A stretch of 64,000 bases of DNA from a virus, in the IMG/VR virus record IMGVR_UViG_3300042827_000007, positions 4,848 to 68,847 of that record; one strand, 5' to 3'. The notes beneath the pieces are model-generated. The model ran no database searches. It saw only the letters and a program-made list of their open reading frames with translations, and was not told the DNA's origin. Position numbers and translations under genes: made by a program. Shown here one piece after another: positions 61,236 through 64,000 of the stretch. Numbering within the stretch: the first letter of the stretch is position 1; each line of letters begins with the position of its first letter.

Positions 61236-61571
61236 GTGATCGTTGAACTCAAGCCGGAGCCGGTCGTCTACGTCTGTGGACACCGGCCCGCGTGTGCGTC
61301 CCGGATGCCCGTCGCCCCTGCCGACCGGCGCGTCCCGATGCACAACTGTCCGGCCGCCGCGCTCATGTCCCTGCCGATGATCCGTGAAGGTGAGACCGCC
61401 GACGTCCGCCTGATCGAGCGAGAGGACTACGTCGGGGCCGATACCGGACTGGTACGGACCGACGCAGAGGGGCGCGTGTTCATGCGTGCCGAGGTCGAGC
61501 GGCAAGACGGCCGCGTCGACGTCTGGGTCTACGCGCCGACCGCGGTAGTGAACGCGGAGGCGCACGCCTGA
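61236..61571 (+). CDS. Hypothetical protein
   Basis: 111 aa; C..C..HNC. Confidence 0.65.
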   Translation: MIVELKPEPVVYVCGHRPACASRMPVAPADRRVPMHNCPAAALMSLPMIREGETADVRLIEREDYVGADTGLVRTDAEGRVFMRAEVERQDGRVDVWVYAPTAVVNAEAHA

Positions 61572-61583
61572 GAGGCGGGCAGG

Positions 61584-61856
61584 GTGAGCAGTAGGGCGGA
61601 CAGCGCGTACCGAGCGCACGACGCCGGGGCGTCCACGCAGGACGGCCAGGCGGCCGAGCGGCCGGCAACGCGAGACGAGACCGAATACCTGGAGGCCCGG
61701 GTCGAAGAGACCCGCGCGGCCGTGACGAAGATCAAGGGCCAGATCAAGGGCCTGGAGGGCAGCCTCAAGACTGCCGAGCGGGACCTGGCCGACGCGGAGC
61801 AGAGCCTCGCCGCCGGCCGCGACCTCCCCGCCGTTCAGAAGCGGAGGGCCCGGTAA
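61584..61856 (+). CDS. Coiled-coil hypothetical protein
   Basis: LEARVEE..IKGQIKGLEGSL heptads. Confidence 0.65.
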   Translation: MSSRADSAYRAHDAGASTQDGQAAERPATRDETEYLEARVEETRAAVTKIKGQIKGLEGSLKTAERDLADAEQSLAAGRDLPAVQKRRAR

Positions 61857-62335
61857 TGGCATGGACTCAGTCGCGAGTCTTCCAGGAGTGGATCTCGCAG
61901 ATGTACCAGGCGTCCGGTACCGGGTACACCGGCATCGACTCCGACACGATCAACGCCGCGCTGTTCAACAACACCCCGACCCCGGACGCGACCGCCGCCG
62001 TCGCGCTGACCGCCTACAACACCGGCCAATTCGTCGTGGCGAACGAGGTCACCGACGCCACGAACTGGGTCGCCGGTGGCCGGGCCCTCGCCGGGAAGAC
62101 GTTCACCTTCCCCGCCGGTGGGACGTTCATGTTCGACGCGACCGACCTCGCCGGTGGCGGGAACATGACCGTCGCGAACGTCTACGGGACGCAGCTCTAC
62201 GACAACACGATCAGCGGCGGAACCGTTGCGAAGCAAGGACTCTCGTACCACTACTTCGGTGGTCCGCAGGGGGTCTCGGCCGGGACGTTCACGATCGTCT
62301 GGAACGTCCTCGGCATCCACCGCGCCACGGTCTGA
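61856..62335 (+). CDS. Virion structural-like protein (decoration/minor tail type)
   Basis: DTINAAL..NEV..NWVAGGRAL..FDATD..GTFTIVW. Confidence 0.65.
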   Translation: MAWTQSRVFQEWISQMYQASGTGYTGIDSDTINAALFNNTPTPDATAAVALTAYNTGQFVVANEVTDATNWVAGGRALAGKTFTFPAGGTFMFDATDLAGGGNMTVANVYGTQLYDNTISGGTVAKQGLSYHYFGGPQGVSAGTFTIVWNVLGIHRATV

Positions 62336-62350
62336 TCGGGGGCCTGAGCG

Positions 62351-62926
62351 ATGGGTATGCAGAGCTGGCAATCGGTCCTGATCACACAGCAGGTCGACGG
62401 CCCCACCGTGGCGAACTCCACCGTCGAGGCGACGCTGGTCGCCGCGCAGGCCCGGTACAACCTCCCGGCGAACGCCTTCACGTACGCCGGCCAGGCGTTG
62501 CGGTTCCGGGCCATGGGCCGGGTCTCGAACATCGTCACCACGCCGGGGACCCTGACGTTCCGCATCCGCTTCGGCGGGGTCGCCGCGGGTGCCATCGTCG
62601 CGAACTCCGGCGCGCTGGCCCTGAACACGGCCGCGAAGACGAACGTGACATGGATTCTCGACTGGGACCTGAACCTCCGCGGGGCCCCGGGCACGGCCGC
62701 GTCGATGATGTTCTCCGGCCAGTGGCAATCGGAGTCCGTGATCGGGTCGCCGGCCGCGGGTGCCGGTGGCGCGTCGTCGCACATCTTCCCGGCGTCCGCG
62801 CCGGCCGTCGGTGCCACCTTCGACTCGACCGTGTCTCAGGTGATCGACCTGTCCGCACAGTGGTCCGTGGCGAACGCCGGCAACTCGATCCAGATGCACA
62901 CGTACAAGCTCGAATCCCTGAACTGA
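62351..62926 (+). CDS. Beta-sandwich virion-like protein
   Basis: LPANAFTYAGQALRFRAMG..TLTFRI..SQVIDLSAQWSVAN. Confidence 0.6.
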   Translation: MGMQSWQSVLITQQVDGPTVANSTVEATLVAAQARYNLPANAFTYAGQALRFRAMGRVSNIVTTPGTLTFRIRFGGVAAGAIVANSGALALNTAAKTNVTWILDWDLNLRGAPGTAASMMFSGQWQSESVIGSPAAGAGGASSHIFPASAPAVGATFDSTVSQVIDLSAQWSVANAGNSIQMHTYKLESLN

Positions 62927-62939
62927 CCGGGAGGTCACC

Positions 62940-63269
62940 ATGGAGCAACCACGTACGGGCGGCGGCGGCGGACCGATCCAGACCCCCTGGGTTCAGCAGT
63001 TCGAGGACTACGTAGGCGCGGCCATCCGCATCACGGTCGACTTCGACAACACGACCCGGGCCATCACCGGCGGCACCGCGTACCGGGACGCGTCGTGCCT
63101 CATGACCAAGATCCTGATCGGGCTCGGCCCGGACGGCACGCCCGACACGACCGAGACTCAGTTCACCGTCCCGGCCGGCACGACCGAGATCCCCGGCTCG
63201 GCGTTCTCTGACCTCGGCCTGTCCACGATCGAGGATGTCCTGGCCCTCCAGATCACCGCGGGACTCTGA
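62940..63269 (+). CDS. Tandem paralog 1 (virion-like)
   Basis: PWVQQFEDYVG..RITV..TRAITG..YRDA.CL..ILIGLG..GLSTIED..ITAG. Confidence 0.75.
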   Translation: MEQPRTGGGGGPIQTPWVQQFEDYVGAAIRITVDFDNTTRAITGGTAYRDASCLMTKILIGLGPDGTPDTTETQFTVPAGTTEIPGSAFSDLGLSTIEDVLALQITAGL

Positions 63270-63272
63270 GCC

Positions 63273-63593
63273 ATGGGGACAGGCGTACCGGTCACCTCGC
63301 CGTGGGTCCAGGAGTTCACGGACTACGTCGGCCGGGCCGTGCGGATCACGGTCACGTTCAATGAAGCGACCCGGGCCATAACCGGGATCACGACGTACCG
63401 GGACGCCGGGTGCCTGTTCCCTAACATCCTGATCGGGCTCGGCACCGACGGAATCCCCGACTCCACAGACAAGGCCATCGCCGTACCCGAGGGGACCACG
63501 ATCCTGACGAACCAGCGGATCAACCAGCTCGCGACCCGCGGCCTCTCCACGATCGAGGACATCACCGCCCTGAACATCACCGCCGGCCGGTAG
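63273..63593 (+). CDS. Tandem paralog 2 (virion-like)
   Basis: Same motifs as paralog 1; about 58 identical residues over ~96 by manual count. Confidence 0.75.
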   Translation: MGTGVPVTSPWVQEFTDYVGRAVRITVTFNEATRAITGITTYRDAGCLFPNILIGLGTDGIPDSTDKAIAVPEGTTILTNQRINQLATRGLSTIEDITALNITAGR

Positions 63594-63606
63594 CCGGGCC
63601 GCCGCC

Positions 63607-64000
63607 GTGGGGAACCTCGTACTCGACGCCAGCTCCCCGACCATCGCCTACATCGGGGCGACGTCGACGACCACGACGGCATCGTTCACGCCCCCGGCGA
63701 ACTCTCGGCTCCTGGCGATGTCCGCCCTCAACACCGGGGCCGGGAACCAGCCAGGCCCGCCGACCATCACCGGCGGCGGGCTCACCTGGACCCTGCTCCA
63801 GCACAACAAACTCCCCGACGTCACCCTGAGCGTGGACGGCCAGGTCGCCGTCTGGACCGCGGTCGTCACCACGTCGGCCGCGATGACCGTCGCCGTCACG
63901 AACACCGACCCGGCGACCGGCCAGTCCGTCAAGGTCCAGGTCTGGACCGACGACTCCGGCGGGGTGCCCGGGATCGGGGCCACGAAGGAGAACGCCCGCG
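63607..64000 (+). CDS. Tail-fibre/minor-tail-like protein, truncated by window end
   Basis: Open Thr/Ala-rich frame MGNLVLDASSPT..FTPPANSRLL..GGGLTWT..; not in supplied ORF track. Confidence 0.6.
   Translation, partial: MGNLVLDASSPTIAYIGATSTTTTASFTPPANSRLLAMSALNTGAGNQPGPPTITGGGLTWTLLQHNKLPDVTLSVDGQVAVWTAVVTTSAAMTVAVTNTDPATGQSVKVQVWTDDSGGVPGIGATKENAR

Overview
The whole window is one very GC-rich tailed-phage (siphovirus-like) element of a mycelial actinomycete; I saw no host genes, integrase, att site, rRNA, complete tRNA or CRISPR array. All family assignments are from motifs recognised by eye, not database searches. Layout: (1) 0.8-24.7 kb, + strand virion block: papain-like peptidase, SNase-like nuclease, terminase, portal, a ClpP + HK97-type double maturation protease, capsid, glycosyltransferase-like + methyltransferase pair, head-tail connectors, tail tube, frameshifting tail chaperone, tape measure, tail tip proteins, holin. 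(2) 24.8-37.9 kb, - strand block of small genes (RNAP alpha-CTD-like, NDT-fold, OB-fold) headed by an actinomycete conjugation-like module (DUF2637/Spd-like, TraB/FtsK-like translocase, TraA-like, membrane proteins, membrane-anchored GIY-YIG nuclease). (3) 37.9-46 kb: short expression cassettes, each started by one of eight copies of a conserved ~43-bp promoter/operator and often closed by a hairpin; cargo includes ArdC-N-like, DUF932-like and HTH proteins. (4) 46-59.8 kb: Topo VI-A-like protein, exonuclease, ERF, RuvC, WhiB, DUF5131, a replication ATPase followed by an iteron-flanked AT-rich origin, and a globin. (5) 59.8-64 kb: DUF1353 and a second cluster of virion-like genes with a tandem paralog pair. 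Top candidate system: a complete phage carrying a TraB-type dsDNA conjugation module (conjugative phage-plasmid), plus a repeat-driven early cassette array, a phage globin and an alpha-CTD mimic.
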